This document shows positions 1 through 12,970 of a DNA stretch of 64,000 nt, piece by piece. The stretch is from positions 14,818,001 through 14,882,000 of the forward strand of contig NC_086108.1 in assembly GCF_963921235.1 (NCBI RefSeq), read 5' to 3'. How positions within the stretch are numbered: the stretch's first letter is position 1; each line of letters opens with the position of its first letter. The position numbers were made by a program, and so were the translations under genes. Below the pieces are notes generated by a model. The model saw only the letters and a list, made by a program, of their open reading frames with translations, was not told where the DNA came from and did not search any database. This DNA comes from Mobula hypostoma. Lineage: Eukaryota.

Positions 1-200
1 CTTATCCCAATGACCTGCACCAGCACCAAAGCCCTCCATACCCGTACTACCCAAACTTGTCTTAAACGATGAAATTGAGCTTGCATGGACATGTTCAAAA
101 CCCTCTGAGTGACGATATTTCCCCTCGGGTTCCCCTTAAACTTTTCACCTTTCACCCTTATCCCATGACCTCTGGTTGTAATCCAATCCAAACTCAGTGA
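1..200 (-). mobile_element. CR1 LINE 3' fragment
   Basis: Reverse complement resembles the CR1 RT C-terminus/3' UTR copies elsewhere in the window (ccttaaacttttcacc...ccatgacctctggttgta). Confidence 0.7.
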
Positions 201-477
201 AGAATATGAATGATGTCAGAAGCTGGGAGGTGAGAGATGGAAGTGAAAAAGGATAAAGATGATAGAATCTGATACGAAAGGAAGATGGAGCGTTGACTAA
301 TGAAGGAAGTGGGCAGGGGAACCAGTGGGAGAAATCTATCATATTCCACCTTCTTCAGTCCTTTTTCACTTCCACCAATTGCATGCCAGATTCTAACATT
401 ATTTCTACCCTCTTCACCCCTATCACCACTCTTCACATGGACCCACCTATCACCTGCCACCTCCTGCCCCACCCCTT

Positions 478-1269
478 TTGGTGGCAAAAATAGGAAAACA
501 GATTATTATCTGAATGGTGGCCGATTAGGAAAAGGGGAGGTGCAACGAGACCTGGGTGTCATTATACACCAGTCATTGAAAGTGGGCATGCAGGTACAGC
601 AGGCGGTGAAAAAGGCGAATGGTATGCTGGCATTTATAGCGAGAGGATTCGAGTACAGGAGCAGGGAGGTACTACTGCAGTTGTACAAGGCCTTGGTGAG
701 ACCACACCTGGAGTATTGTGTGCAGTTTTGGTCCCCTAATCTGAGGAAAGACATCCTTGCCATAGAGGGAGTACAAAGAAGGTTCACCAGATTGATTCCT
801 GGGATGGCAGGACCTTCATATGAAGAAAGACTGGATGAACTGGGCTTGTACTCGTTGGAATTTAGAAGATTGAGGGGGGATCTGATTGAAACGTATAAAA
901 TCCTAAAGGGATTGGGCAGGCTAGATGCAGGAAGATTGTTCCCGATGTTGGGGAAGTCCAGAACGAGGGGTCACAGTTTGAGGATAAAGGGGAAGCCTTT
1001 TAGGACAGATTCGGAAAAACTTCTTCACACAGAGAGTGGTGAATCTGTGGAATTCTCTGCCACAGGAAACAGTTGAGGCCAGTTCATTGGCTATATTTAA
1101 GAGGGAGTTAGATATGGCCCATGTGGCTACGGGGATCAGGGGGTATGGAGGGAAGGCTGGTGCAGGGTTCTGAGTTGGATGATCAGCCATGATCATAATA
1201 AATGGCGGTGCAGGCTCGAAGGGCTGAATGGCCTACTCCTGCACCTATTTTCTATGTTTCTATGTTTCT
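478..1269 (+). mobile_element. CR1 LINE, 5'-truncated (RT C-terminus plus 3' UTR), well preserved
   Basis: ORF 300-1076 contains RDLGV..LYKALVRPHLEYCVQFWSP..RRLRGDLIETYKIL; ends in (TTTCTATG)n tail. Confidence 0.95.
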
Positions 1270-2374
1270 CCTCACCTTCATCTTCCAGTCCTGATGAACT
1301 TATGTCAACTGACCTTTTCCCTCCATGGATGCTGCCTGACCCACTGAGTTCCTCCTGTGTGCTGGATTGCGTTGATAATTGATAGTATGCATGCACCCAC
1401 TACACGCTGTTGATAAGCCTTGTCCTTGTGAGTCACATTACTTTAACTTTTGTTCTCCTGTTTATAAAAAGAAACAACAGGCTGAGGCAGTGCCAAGGGA
1501 TCTGGTCTGAAGGAGAATCACTGACCTTGAAACTGTTCCCCTGGCAGCTCATCTGCACCAGAGTCTGGTGACAAGAGCTTCTTCCTGACGTATTCCATGG
1601 TGACTCAGAAAAGTAAAGATATGAATTGGGTCTACAGGAAATCAGGACCATTATGATCTAGCTCTGCTGGAGGAGAGTGCGTGGAGATAAAGACGAAGGG
1701 ATTAGAACTGAGTGCCCACGGCAAGATAAAGTGAGTCACAGTATTGCAGGAGTTGATTCTGCAGGCCAAATTGCCTTTGTATTGTGTTGCTCCAGATTGC
1801 AACACTTTTTTCTATGTCTCCATGGTTACATCCACTGTCAAATTATGAGACCAGTACTTCCACAGATGCGTTTCCACCAGTGACATGCATTACAACTGAA
1901 GCACAGCTGAAGTCCTTACTGGCCATGCCTTGGCCAAGCGACAGGGCAAAGCCGGGGTAGCTTGTTGGCACATCCTGGATCTCGGGACCGGATATCTGGC
2001 CAGTCAGATCAGGAACGAAGCTGTAGCCTCAGGGTCCTCAGGAGGCTGTCAGAGCTGGAACGGCTGGAGCTTTAGAGATCTCCGTCTCCCTTCACTTGTT
2101 TGCTTTTGTCAGACATGAACCAAGAGGTAGTTGTGTGCTATGCCTTGCTAGAGGAGCACTTGGTGGCAAGGAATGGAGGTCATGTTCACTGCTCCAGAGA
2201 ATTCTGCCTCCTGCAAAATCAGCTGCTGAAATCCCCTCACTCAACACTGCCAGCCTGTCCTGATGAGTTTATTATTGTCAAAGTGTGACGTCCATAGAGA
2301 ACGTTCCATACAAAAGTCCATCGAGGGGCAGACTATCATCTATAGAGAAAGTGCAATCTAGGTAGAATGGCAGA

Positions 2375-2630
2375 TCAAGGGTTCATGTTTAGTACAAAAT
2401 AGGTCCATTCAGGAGTCTGATAGTAGGTGTGATAGAAGCTGTCTTTGAGCCTGACGGTACATGATCCCAACCTTTTGAATCTTCTCAGTGGGAGAGGGTG
2501 AAGAAGGAATGACTCGGGTGGGAGGGGTCTTTGATTATGTTGGCTCCTTTCTGGAGGCAGTGAGAAGTACAGACAGAGTCCGTGGAGCTGGTTCGTGTGA
2601 TGGACTGGGCTGTGAGCACAACTCAATGTC
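2375..2630 (-). mobile_element. Rex1/Babar-like LINE 3' fragment
   Basis: C-terminal motif TVRLKDSFY, matching other Rex1-like copies in the window. Confidence 0.65.
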
Positions 2631-2900
2631 TCCACAACCCCTCCACTAACTGTCTGGCACTCTGGTTCCCATCCACCTGCAACTCTAGTTTAAACCCCAC
2701 TATGCAGCATTAACAAACCTTCCCGCTAGTATATTAGCCCCCACCCAGTTTCAGTGCAAACCATCTCTTCTGTACAGGTCCCACCTGCCCTGGAAGAGAG
2801 CCCAATGATCCAAAAATCAGAAGTCCTTCCTCCTCCTTAGCCACATGTTAAACTGTATGATCTTCCCATTTCTGGTTTCACTAGTATGTGGCATGGATAG

Positions 2901-5148
2901 CTGGGAGCTTAATATCCAAGGATACTCAAAGCACAGGTAGGTAAGCAGACAGAGTGGAGTTGTTCTGTTGGTAAATAATGAAATCAAATCCTTAGAAAGA
3001 AGTGACATAGCTTCAGAAGGTATAGAATTGTTGCGGGTGGAGCTAAGAAACTGCAAGGTTAAAAAGACCCTGATGGGAGTTATATACAGGCCTCTGAACA
3101 TTAGCAAAGATGTGGCTCTAATTACAGAGGGAGATAGAAAATACACATCAAAAGGGCAGTGTTACAATAGTCATGGGGGATTTCAATGTGCAGGTAGGTT
3201 GGGAAAATCAGGTTGGTGCTAGATCTCTAAGGGGGAGTTTGTAGAATGCCTATGAGATAGCTTTTTGGAGCAACTCATGGTTGAATTGAATCTTGAGCAA
3301 TGAACCGGAATCAATTTGAGAGCTTAAGGTAAAGAAACCCTTAGGGGAAGAGTGATCATAATATGACAAAATTCTCCCTGCAATTTGAGAGGAAGAAGCT
3401 AAAGTCAGATGTATCAGCATTACAGTGGAGTAAAGGAAATTACAGCAGCATGAGAGAGGAACTGTTCAAAGTTAATTGGAAAGGGACACTAGCAGGAATG
3501 ACAATAGAGCAGCAATAGCAGGAGTATCTGGGAAAAATTTGGAAGGTGCAGGATAGATACATCCCAAAGAAGAAGCATTCTAAAGGCAGGATGATGCAAC
3601 CAAAGGTATTTTCTGATATATAAAGAGTAAAAGAGAGACGAGTAGATACTGTACTGCTGGAGAGGTAGTAATAGACGACAAGGAAATGGAGGATGAGCTG
3701 AATAAGTATTTTGCATTAGTCTTCACTGTGGAAGACACTAGTTGTAGGCCGAAAGTTCAACAGTGTCAGAGGGCAGAAGTGAGTGAAGATGCCATTACTA
3801 GGGAGAAGGTGCTTGGGAAACTGAAAGGTCAGAAGGTAGATAAATCACCTGGACCAGATGGTCTACACCCCAAGGTTCTGAAAGATGTGGCTGAAGAGAT
3901 TGTGGAGGCATTAGTAATGATTTTCAAAAGTCAATATATTGTGGCATGGTTCTGGAGGACTGGAAAATTACAAATGTCACTCCACTCCTCAAGAAGGGAG
4001 AGATGGAAGAAAGAAAATCATTGGTCAGTTACTCTGACCTCAGTGGTTTGGTAGATGTGAGAGTTGATAAGTATGTAGTTTCAGGGTACTTGGAGGCACA
4101 TGATAAAATAGGCTGAAGTCAGCATGGTTTCCTTCAGGGAAAATCTTGCCTGACAAAGCTGTTGGAATCCTTTGAATAAATAACAAGCAGGAAAGACAAA
4201 GGAAAATCAGAAGATATTATGTACTTGGATTTTCAGAAGGCCTTTTGACAAGGTGTCACACAAGAGGCTGCTTATTATTACAGGAAAGATGCTAGCATAG
4301 ATAAAGACTAGCATGGCTGTCTGGCAGGAGGCAAAAAGTGGAAATAAAAGGAGCCTTTTCTGGTTGGCTACCAGTGACCAGTGGTATTTCACAGGGGTCT
4401 ATGTTGGGACCACTTCCTTTTACGGTATATGTCAATGATTTGGATGATGGAAGTGATAGCTTTGTGGGCAAGTTGCAGACAATATGAAGATAGCTGGAGG
4501 GGCAGATAGTGTTGAGGAAGCAGAGAGGCTGCAGAAGGACTTAGACAGATTAGGAGAATGGGCAAAGAAGTGGCTGATGGAATACAGTGTCGGGGAATAT
4601 ATGGTCATGCACTTTGTTAGAAGAAATAAAAAGATAGACCAAATTCTAAATCAGGGGTAGGCAACCTACTAGATCCGGCCCGCGAAGGTATTTTGACCAG
4701 CCGGAGAGCAATTTTTCCTTATTCTGAGTGTTTCACGCAACCACACTGATGGACATGCATGGTGTCTTGTTACACTGGCCCCAGGTGGGATCTCATTGAA
4801 ACATCAAATGTTGAAATGCCTCAATAGACTGGATGTGGGGAGGATGTTTCCTACGGTGGGGATGTCTAGGACCAGAAGGTTCAGCCTCATAATAGAGGTG
4901 CAACCATTTAGAATAGAGATGTGGAGGGGTTTCTTTAGCCAGAGAGTGGTGAATCTGTGGAATTCATTGCTACAGGTAGCTGTGGAGGCCAAGTCATTGG
5001 GTATATTTATGGCAGAGGTTGATAGATACTTGATTAGTCGGGCATTATGAGTTACGGAGAAAAGGCAGGAGAATGGGGCAGCGAGGGAATTGGAGCAGAT
5101 TCAATGAGTCAAGTGGCCTAATTCTGCTCCTATATCTTATGGTCTTAT
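2901..5148 (+). mobile_element. Degenerate CR1 ORF2 (APE end, RT) plus 3' UTR
   Basis: GVIYRP, DKSPGPDGLHPKVLKDVAEEIVEAL, YLDFQKAF, FFSQRVVNLWNSL; tail TCTTATGGTCTTATG. Confidence 0.92.
4652..4785 (+). mobile_element. hAT-like DNA transposon/MITE left-end fragment inside CR1
   Basis: Starts CAGGGGTAGGCAACCT followed by ATCCGGCCCGCG, typical of hAT termini; no right TIR seen. Confidence 0.5.
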
Positions 5149-5885
5149 GAGTAGCAATCCTGAGATCATAACCCTGGAGGACTTATCCTTTAATTTAGCA
5201 CCTAACTCCCTGAGCTCACTTTGCAGAACCTCGACCATCTTCCTACCTATGTCATGGGTATCTGTGTGGACCACGACCTCTGGCTGCTCAACCTCCCACT
5301 TAACACTGCTGAGGACCCGATCTGAGATGCCTCAGTACCATCTAGTAGTCTCATTCTCATTTTTGTTCACAAAACCTCGTTTCTGTTCCAACTAACAAAT
5401 CCCCAATCACCACAGTTCACCTCCGCTCTTCCCTCCTGACCCACAGAGCCAGACTCAGTGCTAGAGATTTGACCACTGTGACTTTCCTCCCCGTGGAGTA
5501 ATTTAACACAATTTACCTCAGAAAAGGTATTTTTAGTGATGTATTTACCCCAGTACCCCATGTGTTAAATTATCGCCGCAAAGAGTGAAGGGGCAAGCAG
5601 AGGTGAAGCAAGCTCGGGGGACGAGCCGCGACGGTGTCGCAGTTAGAGCTCCGACGTTCATTCAGCTGGCCCAGGAGCTGGCGAGGTTAGATCACTCTGG
5701 GTGCTGTAAAGAGTAGTCGGGGCCTGGGCATAGAAGCTCCGACGCTCATTGAACTGGCTCAGGTGCGAGGCTGGAAACACACTACCGGGGTGGTGGTAGA
5801 TGCAGATACATTAGAAACATTTACGGGACTCTTAGATAGGCACATGGATGAATGAGAAATGGAGGGTTATGCAGGAGGAAAGCAT

Positions 5886-6095
5886 GTGGTTAAGGCGTTC
5901 GTCTAGTGATCTGAAGGTCGCTAGTTCGAACCTCAGCTGTGGCAGCGTGTTTGCGTCCTTGAGCAAGGCACGTAACCACACCTTGCTCTAGTGTCTGTGC
6001 GAGGAGGGGCGCCCCACACAGACTTACAATCTGTGCCTTGTAAGGCATGAAAATGCTCGACGCAGGCCTCTCATGGTCTGAGTCGACGTTCCCCC
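5886..6095 (+). mobile_element. tRNA-derived CORE-like SINE inserted in a CR1 3' UTR
   Basis: A-box GTGGTTAAGG, B-box AGTTCGAACC, core GTCCTTGAGCAAGGCACGTAACC; TSD AAAGCAT at 5879-5885 and 6096-6102. Confidence 0.85.
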
Positions 6096-6749
6096 AAAGC
6101 ATCAGATTAATCTTAGAGTAGGTTAAAAGGTCAGCACCATCTCAAAAGCTGAAGGGCCTTCACTGAGCTGTTCTGTTCTATGTTCTATTTAAACTTCTGT
6201 AATGTGAACCATTAAACTTATACTGGCCCATTCACATATTCTGAAAGATAACATTGAATACCCAATTAGATTCCTAATATGATCCTAATTTTAGATAGTT
6301 ACTTCTTGTGACAGATAGCGAATGATTCTAATTAGACTTTTTGAGGAAGCAGCTGGTTTGCCCACCCTACTGATATCATTTCCCCCTTGCTTCTCCATGC
6401 TTTATAAGAATCATATTGCAATTTTTCATGTCATTCACCTTTAATTTCCCTCTAACTTTCAGATTTATCCCCTTGCATGTAATGTCTGATGGATATGTGT
6501 TGTATAGCCACATCTTTGCTTCTGTGCCACTCCAGCTGTGGAGCGTGCCTGCATTATCCTTTCCCCAACTGCACAATCCCATGATCCAGGCTGTAACAAA
6601 GAGCCCTTGTGATCTGAACCAGATCCTCACGGATTTCACCCACATGACTTTATAATCATCTCAGAGACTCACTGAGACTTTGCAATGTTTTTCCTTTACA
6701 GTGTTTTGCTTACAGACAATCCCACTTTCCATCTCAGCATCTGTGCAAG

Positions 6750-7250
6750 TGAATAGTTCTCTGAAAGCGGTGTCACCAATAGATATGGTAGCATGCTGGC
6801 CTTCATCGGTCAGGGAGTTATGAAATTCTGTTGCAGTTATACAAGATGTTGTTGAGCCTTCACTTAGAGTATTGTGCACAGTTTGCTCACCCTGATACAG
6901 AAAAGATGTTATTAAATTAGAAAAAACGCAGACCAGGTTTATGGGGATGTTACCTATGTCTGAGTTACAAGGAGGTTGCCTTGACTAGGACTTTATTCCC
7001 AGGAAAGTAGGAGATATAAATATATAACATTACAGAGAGATACAGATATAACATTATATATAGAAATATATGACATCATGCAGGATGTAGACAGGTCTTT
7101 TTCCCCTGGGAGGCGGTCCTAAAGACAAGAGGGTATAGTTTTCAAACGTTAAAAATGGACATCAGGTACATCTTCTTCACCTAAGGATGGTGCATATTTG
7201 AAATGAACTGCCAGATTGAGGTGAGCACATTAGCAACATTTAAAATCCTT
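6750..7250 (+). mobile_element. Highly decayed CR1 RT 3' fragment
   Basis: Remnants of LEYCAQF and RKDVIKLE coding sequence. Confidence 0.7.
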
Positions 7251-7393
7251 GGAGTTATAGAGTGATAGAAATTTACCACATAGAAACAGGCCCTTTGGCC
7301 CATCTAGTCCATACTGAACCAGTAAAACTGCCTAGTCCCATCAACCTGCACCCAACCCAGTCCTCCATACCCTTCCCATCCATGTACCTATCA

Positions 7394-8165
7394 ACGTGCT
7401 GGAGGAACTCAGCAGGTCAGGCAGCATCCGTGGAAAAGGTCGGTCGACGTTTCGGGCCGGAACCCTTCGTCAGGACTGAAGAGGGAAGGGGCAGAGGCCC
7501 TATAAAGAAGGTGGGGGGGGGTGGGAAGGAGAAGTCTGGTAGGTTCCAGGTGAAAACCATTAAGGGGAAAGTTACAGGGGTGGGGGAGGGGAGGCAGGGA
7601 GGTGATAGGCAGGTAAGGTGAAGAAGGAATAGGGGAAAACACAATGGGTAGTAGAAGGAGGCGGAACCAAGAGGGAGGTGATAGACAGCTGGGGGAGGGG
7701 ACAGAGTGAAATAGGGATAGGGGAAGGGAGGGGGAGGGAATTACCGGAAGTTGGAGAATTCTGTGTTCATACCAAGGGGCTGGAGACTACCTAGACGGTA
7801 TATGAGGTGTTGCTCCTCCAACCTGAGTTTAACCTCATCATGGCAGTGGAGGAGGCCAGGTATGGACATATCTGAATGGGAGTGGGAAGCAGAATTGAAG
7901 CGGGTGACTACTGGGAGATCCTGTCTGTTTTGGTGGACGGAGTGGAGGTGTTCGATGAAGCAGTCCCCCAATCTGCGTCGGGTTTCACCGATGTAGAGGA
8001 GACCGCACCGGGAGCACCGGATGCAATAGATGACCCCAGTGGACTCACAAGTGAAGTGTTGCCTCACTTGGAAGGACTGTTTGGGGCCCTGAATGGTGGC
8101 AAGAGAGGAGGTGTAGGGACAGGTGTAGCACTTGCGCTTACAGGGATAAGTGCCAGGTGGGAGAT
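7394..8165 (-). mobile_element. Penelope-like element 3' part (GIY-YIG endonuclease plus terminal repeat)
   Basis: ORF 7741-8067: FTCESTGVIYCIRCSRCGLLYIGETRRRLG..LEEQHLIYRLGSLQPLGMN. Confidence 0.93.
7440..7479 (-). ncRNA. Minimal type I hammerhead ribozyme motif, core intact
   Basis: Minus strand UCAGUC-CUGACGA-A-GGGU(UCCG)GCCC-GAAA-C-GUC-GACCGA. Confidence 0.8.
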
Positions 8166-9285
8166 CAGGTGGGTGCTCCTGGCAGCTTGGTCCACACTTT
8201 CACCACCCTCTGAGTGAAGAAGTTTCTCCTCATGTTCCCCTTAAACATTTCACCTTTTGTCCTTAACCCATGACCTCTAGTTGTAGCCTCACTTAACCTC
8301 AGTGGAAAAATCTTGCTTGCATTTACCCTGTCTATACCCCTCATAATTTTGTACATTTCTATCAAGTTCTCTCTCAATCTTCTACATTCTGGCAAATAAA
8401 GTTCTAACTTATTCAATCTTTCCTTATAACTTGGGTTCTCCAGCCCCAGCAACATCCTTGTAAATTTTCTCTGTACTCTTTCAACTTTGTTTACATCTTT
8501 CCTGCAGGTAGGTGACCAAAGTTGCACACAGTACTTAAATGTAACATCCCATCACCTGTGATCAATACTTTGATCAATGAAGGCCAATGTGACGAAAGCT
8601 TTCTTTACAGCCCTATCCACCTGTGACAGCACTTTCGATAAATTATGTACCTGTATTCCCACACTCCTCAGTGCCCAACCGCTGACTGTTACAAGACCTA
8701 CTCTGGCTGGTCCTCCCAAAGTGCAAAACCTCGCATATGTTCACATTACACTCCATCTGCCATTTTTCCACCCAGTGCAGATCCCACTGTAAGCTTTGAT
8801 AGTCTTTCTTGCTGTCCACTAGACCCCCAATCATCTGCAAATTTGCTGATCCAGTTCACCACATTATCATCCAGATCGTTGCTGTAGATGACAAACAACA
8901 AAGGACTCAGCACCGATCCCTGTGGTACTCCACTGGTCATAGGCCTCTAGTCAGAGAGGTAATCGTCTTCTGCCACAAAAGCCAATGTCTAATCCAATTT
9001 ACCACATCATTTTGAATGCCAAGCAACTGAACCTTTTTGACTAACCTCCCATGCGGGATCTTGTCAGATGCTTTGCTTATATTCAACATCCATTGCCTTG
9101 TCTTCATTAACATTCCTGGTAAATTCTTTGAAAACTCTATGACAGGTCAGACGCGACCTACCAGGCACAAAGCAATGCTGACTATCCCCAACCAGTCCCT
9201 GTCTATCCAAATAGTCATATATCCGGTCCCTTAGAATACCTTCCAATAACTTTCCCACTGCTGATGTCAGGCTCACCGGCCTATA

Positions 9286-9585
9286 TATAGGCATCCATTA
9301 GTCTCGTGAGACCATGGATTTGCACCTTGGAAGGCTTCCAGGGCACAGGCCTGGGCAAGGCTGTATGGAAGACCGGCAGGTGCCCATGCTGCAAGTCTCC
9401 CCTTTCCACGCCATGTTGTCCAAGGGAAGGGCACTAGGGCCGATACAGCTTGGCACTGGTGTCATCACAGAGCAGTGTGTGGTTAAGTGCCTTGCTCAAG
9501 GACACAACACGGTGCCTCAGCTGAGGCTCGAACTAGAGACCTTTCAATCACTAGACTGACGCCTTAACCACTTGGCCACGCGCTA
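9286..9585 (-). mobile_element. Full-length tRNA-derived CORE-like SINE
   Basis: Same head and core as 5886; 13-bp TSD TCACCGGCCTATA at 9273-9285 and 9586-9598. Confidence 0.88.
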
Positions 9586-10029
9586 TCACCGGCCTATAAT
9601 TTCCTGGTTTATTTTCAGAGCCTTTCTTAAACAGCGGGCAATATTACCTATCCCCAAATCCTCCGGTAACTCACCTATGGTTATGGATGATTTAAATATC
9701 TCCACTAGGTCCTTTGCAATTTCTACACTTGCCTCCCACAGAGTCCGAGGGAGCACTTTGTCGGGCCTTGGGGATTTATCCACCCTAATTTGCCTCAGGA
9801 CAGCAAACACCTCCTCCTCTGTGATCTATTTAGGGTCCTCGCTGCTTGTTTGCATCACTTCAATAGGCCCTGCGTTTGTCTCCTGAGTAAATATAGATGC
9901 AAAAATTTCACTTCAGATCTTCCCCCCGCCCCCACCCCTTTTGGCTCTATGCTTAGATTACCATTCTGATCTTAACATATCTGTCGAAGCCCTTAGGGTT
10001 CCTCCTTCACCTTGTCTGTTAGAGCAATC

Positions 10030-10385
10030 TCCGTGGGCAAAGGAAAGGCTTCAAAGATAACATCAAACTGGGGCTGAAGGAATTCAACATTACATCTAAA
10101 AGCTCGGAAGACAATGCACTCATTAGATGCACCTGTAGGAAATCAGTCCAAGAGGGAACTGCACTAGATGAGAGTGATCTCCGCTGTGCCGCAGAAAACA
10201 AGCTGCAGCTGTGAAAGGAGAGAATAAACAACCAAAAGGCCTGACCACTAACCACAGTTGACACTTACTCGTGTCCACACTGCATGATGTGTGGATACCA
10301 GATTAGTCTCCACAGCCACCTGAGGAGCCACCAATAGACAACCCCTGGGACAGAGACAGCCAGGGAAGTATCCTGCAAACAGTGA
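10030..10385 (+). mobile_element. RTE-clade LINE 3' fragment
   Basis: GQRKGFKDNIK...CPHC...IGL.SHLRSH-like C-terminal zinc-finger remnant. Confidence 0.7.
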
Positions 10386-10419
10386 CTGATTGCCTACATG
10401 AGCCCTGATAAATCTATCA

Positions 10420-10950
10420 GGCAAGGTTCCCCCTTAAGGAAACCACTCTGACTTTGGCCTATTTTATCATGTGCTTCTAAGTACTGCAAAACCTCATCCT
10501 TAATAATGACACAAAATCTTACCAATCATTGAAGTAAGGCTCACTGCCCTAAACGTTCAGTATTTTTTCTTCCTCCCTTCTTAAAGAGTGGAATGACATA
10601 TGTGATTTTCCAGTCCAGGAAGGATGTGGAAGCTTTAGAGAGGTACAGAGAAAAATTACCAAGATGCTGCCTGGATTAGAGTATGTAGCTTAAGAGGAAA
10701 GTTTGAATGAGCTAGGGCTTTGTTAGTATTCATTTTGAGATACTGAGAATATAAGAGCAACAACCTAATGTTAAGGCTTTATAGGGCTCATGCTCGGAGT
10801 ATTGTAGATAGGCAGATGGTTGTAAGAAAATTGGAGAGTTATGGTCTGTGTAGGAGGGAAAGGTTAGTTTGATCCTGGAGTACATTTATATAGCTCAGCG
10901 TTATGGGCCAAAGGGTACTGTGCAGTACTGTTTGGTCTATGTTCTACTTG
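10420..10950. mobile_element. Short decayed CR1 fragments, both strands
   Basis: Similarity to CR1 RT (RKDVEALE, PLFKKG) and 3' UTR copies. Confidence 0.6.
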
Positions 10951-12364
10951 TAGAGAGAGAGACCATCAACAGTTTGGGTCAGAGTTGGAAAGAGAGAGAT
11001 GTGATGGTGGAGGGATGTGTAGAACAAAGGCAGTGTCTGTCATAGGACATGTTAAAGTGGGTAAGTTGCCAGCTAATTCATCGACTGACTATATATGGAG
11101 AGAAAAAACAAGAGAGCAGATGGAAATGGTTCTTATCTATCCAATATTTCATGAGAAACACCACTTAACCATCCATCTGGGACAAGCCTTCTGGACTCAA
11201 AGAATGACGTGCTCTTTCTCCCCGTGTGCATCGATCATTTCTGCCTGCCATCCTTTGTCTTGTCTCTGTGAATTGACACCATTATTGCAGAACTACAGTC
11301 AGCCACAACATGCACAGCCAGGGTGGTCCCATCGGCCTCACATTCTCACTTGTGTTACTTCTCATTTCACTAACATGTTTTTCTTTCTCAGATCTGACAG
11401 AGGGGCCCTTATCTGAACAATTAACTTTCTCTTTCCACTGATGCTGCCTGCCCTGCATAGTTTCTCCAGTGCTTTCCACTTTCTGTTCTCTCCATGATTT
11501 TAACCTTCTCGGTAATTCCCAGCACATCACCATCAACCACTCATTACTCAGAGACAGTGCTGGTAACTGTCCCCATTTTAAATTGTCCCGTCATATACAG
11601 TACCTTCTTTTGTTCTGAACATCCTTCACCTATGAAACACTACCTGCATCTCTATCTTTCCCAGTTTGGAAGACAGCCCGCTAACTGATTTTATCTCTGC
11701 GCAGAAGCTGCTGAGTCTTCTCAGCAGAATGTCTTCTGGTTTTGGGTGAGAGCTTTGACAAACCTCATTTTCAGAGAAGCTTCATCCCAGCAGACAGAAT
11801 TCAGACGATTTGAGGCAGCAGCCTGCACTGAGTGAAACTGCTGAGGGCTTTACTGCAGATGGCAGGGATGATAAAGGGACATAGGAAAAATTTAAAAAAA
11901 TCTTTCTCCCTCTTAAAAAGAGTTTAAACCATGCGTTAATGACTGCAAGAACAGTGATGCCAACATAATCAGATGGCCAGTAATCACAATCTTAGAGCCA
12001 TGTTATCGAGCACTTTTCTGTGCAATACAAGAAGACATCTACTTTGTTCATAATAAACAAGGACACAGTGTACCCGTGGGAAACTGCTACAGAACACAAC
12101 ACTTAGTTACTAATGGTTCATTCTATCCCCCACCCATGTTTCTCTGCAAACTTTAAGCTGACTCAGGACATCAGTGGGACATTACTGTTCCGGCATCGTC
12201 TGATCAGAGCCAAGAGCAAAAAGTAAAGCAGCCAGTTGTTTTGAAACCTTTCACCTATTTAAAGTATCGTCAGAGCCAACAACAGAAAGGAAAGCAGCCA
12301 GTTATTTTGAAGCATTGCCCTTGCTGAAGTTGCCCTGAAACTCTGTTGGCTGGACTGCTTCATA

Positions 12365-12680
12365 GGACATAGAACAATACAGCATAGGAACAGGCCACTC
12401 GGCCCACAATGTTTTGCCGAGCCAATTAATTTATGAATCAAATGGCCAACTAATCCTTTCTGCCTACACAATGTTCATATCTTTTTATTTCACTCACATT
12501 CATCCGCCCATCTAAAATCTTAAAAGACCAATGTCTCTGCCTCTGCCACCACCCCAGGCACCCACCACTCTCGGTGTAATAAACTTGAACCTCACACCAC
12601 CTTTGAAATTACCCCCTCTCACCTTAAATGGTATTAGACATTTCAACCCTGGGAAAAAAGATACAACTTCCTTGTTAGAT
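12365..12680 (-). mobile_element. Decayed CR1 3' end
   Basis: catagaacaatacagcataggaacaggcc tail in reverse orientation. Confidence 0.65.
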
Positions 12681-12970
12681 AGCTCCCTCAAGTCTTGTCA
12701 GTGCAAGAACAGTATTTTTCAAAACCTACCTTTTACTTACAAGCAGCAGTTTCTGTAGACAGGCGTTACATGAGGATATACCTGTGGGCCCAGATATAAA
12801 GCAAAATGCACACACAGAACCAAGAGTCTTGTGCACTCCTATATGCTACCCATCAGCTCCAGTTTTAAGTGCATACTCATTTAAGCATTCTGTCTTCCCT
12901 TTCCCCACCCACTAAGCCTGAAAGCATGCACCAATATCCTGTTGTTCAAAGCTGTTTGATAATCCCCCAA

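Larger units (their letters stand above)
2635..5480 (-). mobile_element. CR1 ORF1 (esterase) fragment, split by a nested plus-strand CR1
   Basis: 2635-2900 and 5148-5480 join into sequence matching the CR1 ORF1 regions at 32400-32715 and 58080-58600. Confidence 0.7.
7262..10025 (-). mobile_element. CR1 LINE (RT region to 3' UTR), interrupted by Penelope and SINE insertions
   Basis: ORFs 8165-8527, 8746-8940 (SGVPQGSVL, SKFADD), 9064-9294 (YRPVSLTS), 9586-9810 (DKSPRPD). Confidence 0.92.

Noticed and set aside
300..1076. 258-aa ORF as a host gene
   Set aside because: The C-terminal part is CR1 RT and the N-terminus is low-complexity flank read through by chance.
1920..2210. Possible minus-strand coding exon (donor- and acceptor-like sites)
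   Set aside because: Stops in all three minus frames around 2004-2031.
5886..5935. tRNA gene
   Set aside because: Continues into a SINE core and is TSD-flanked; no complete acceptor stem.
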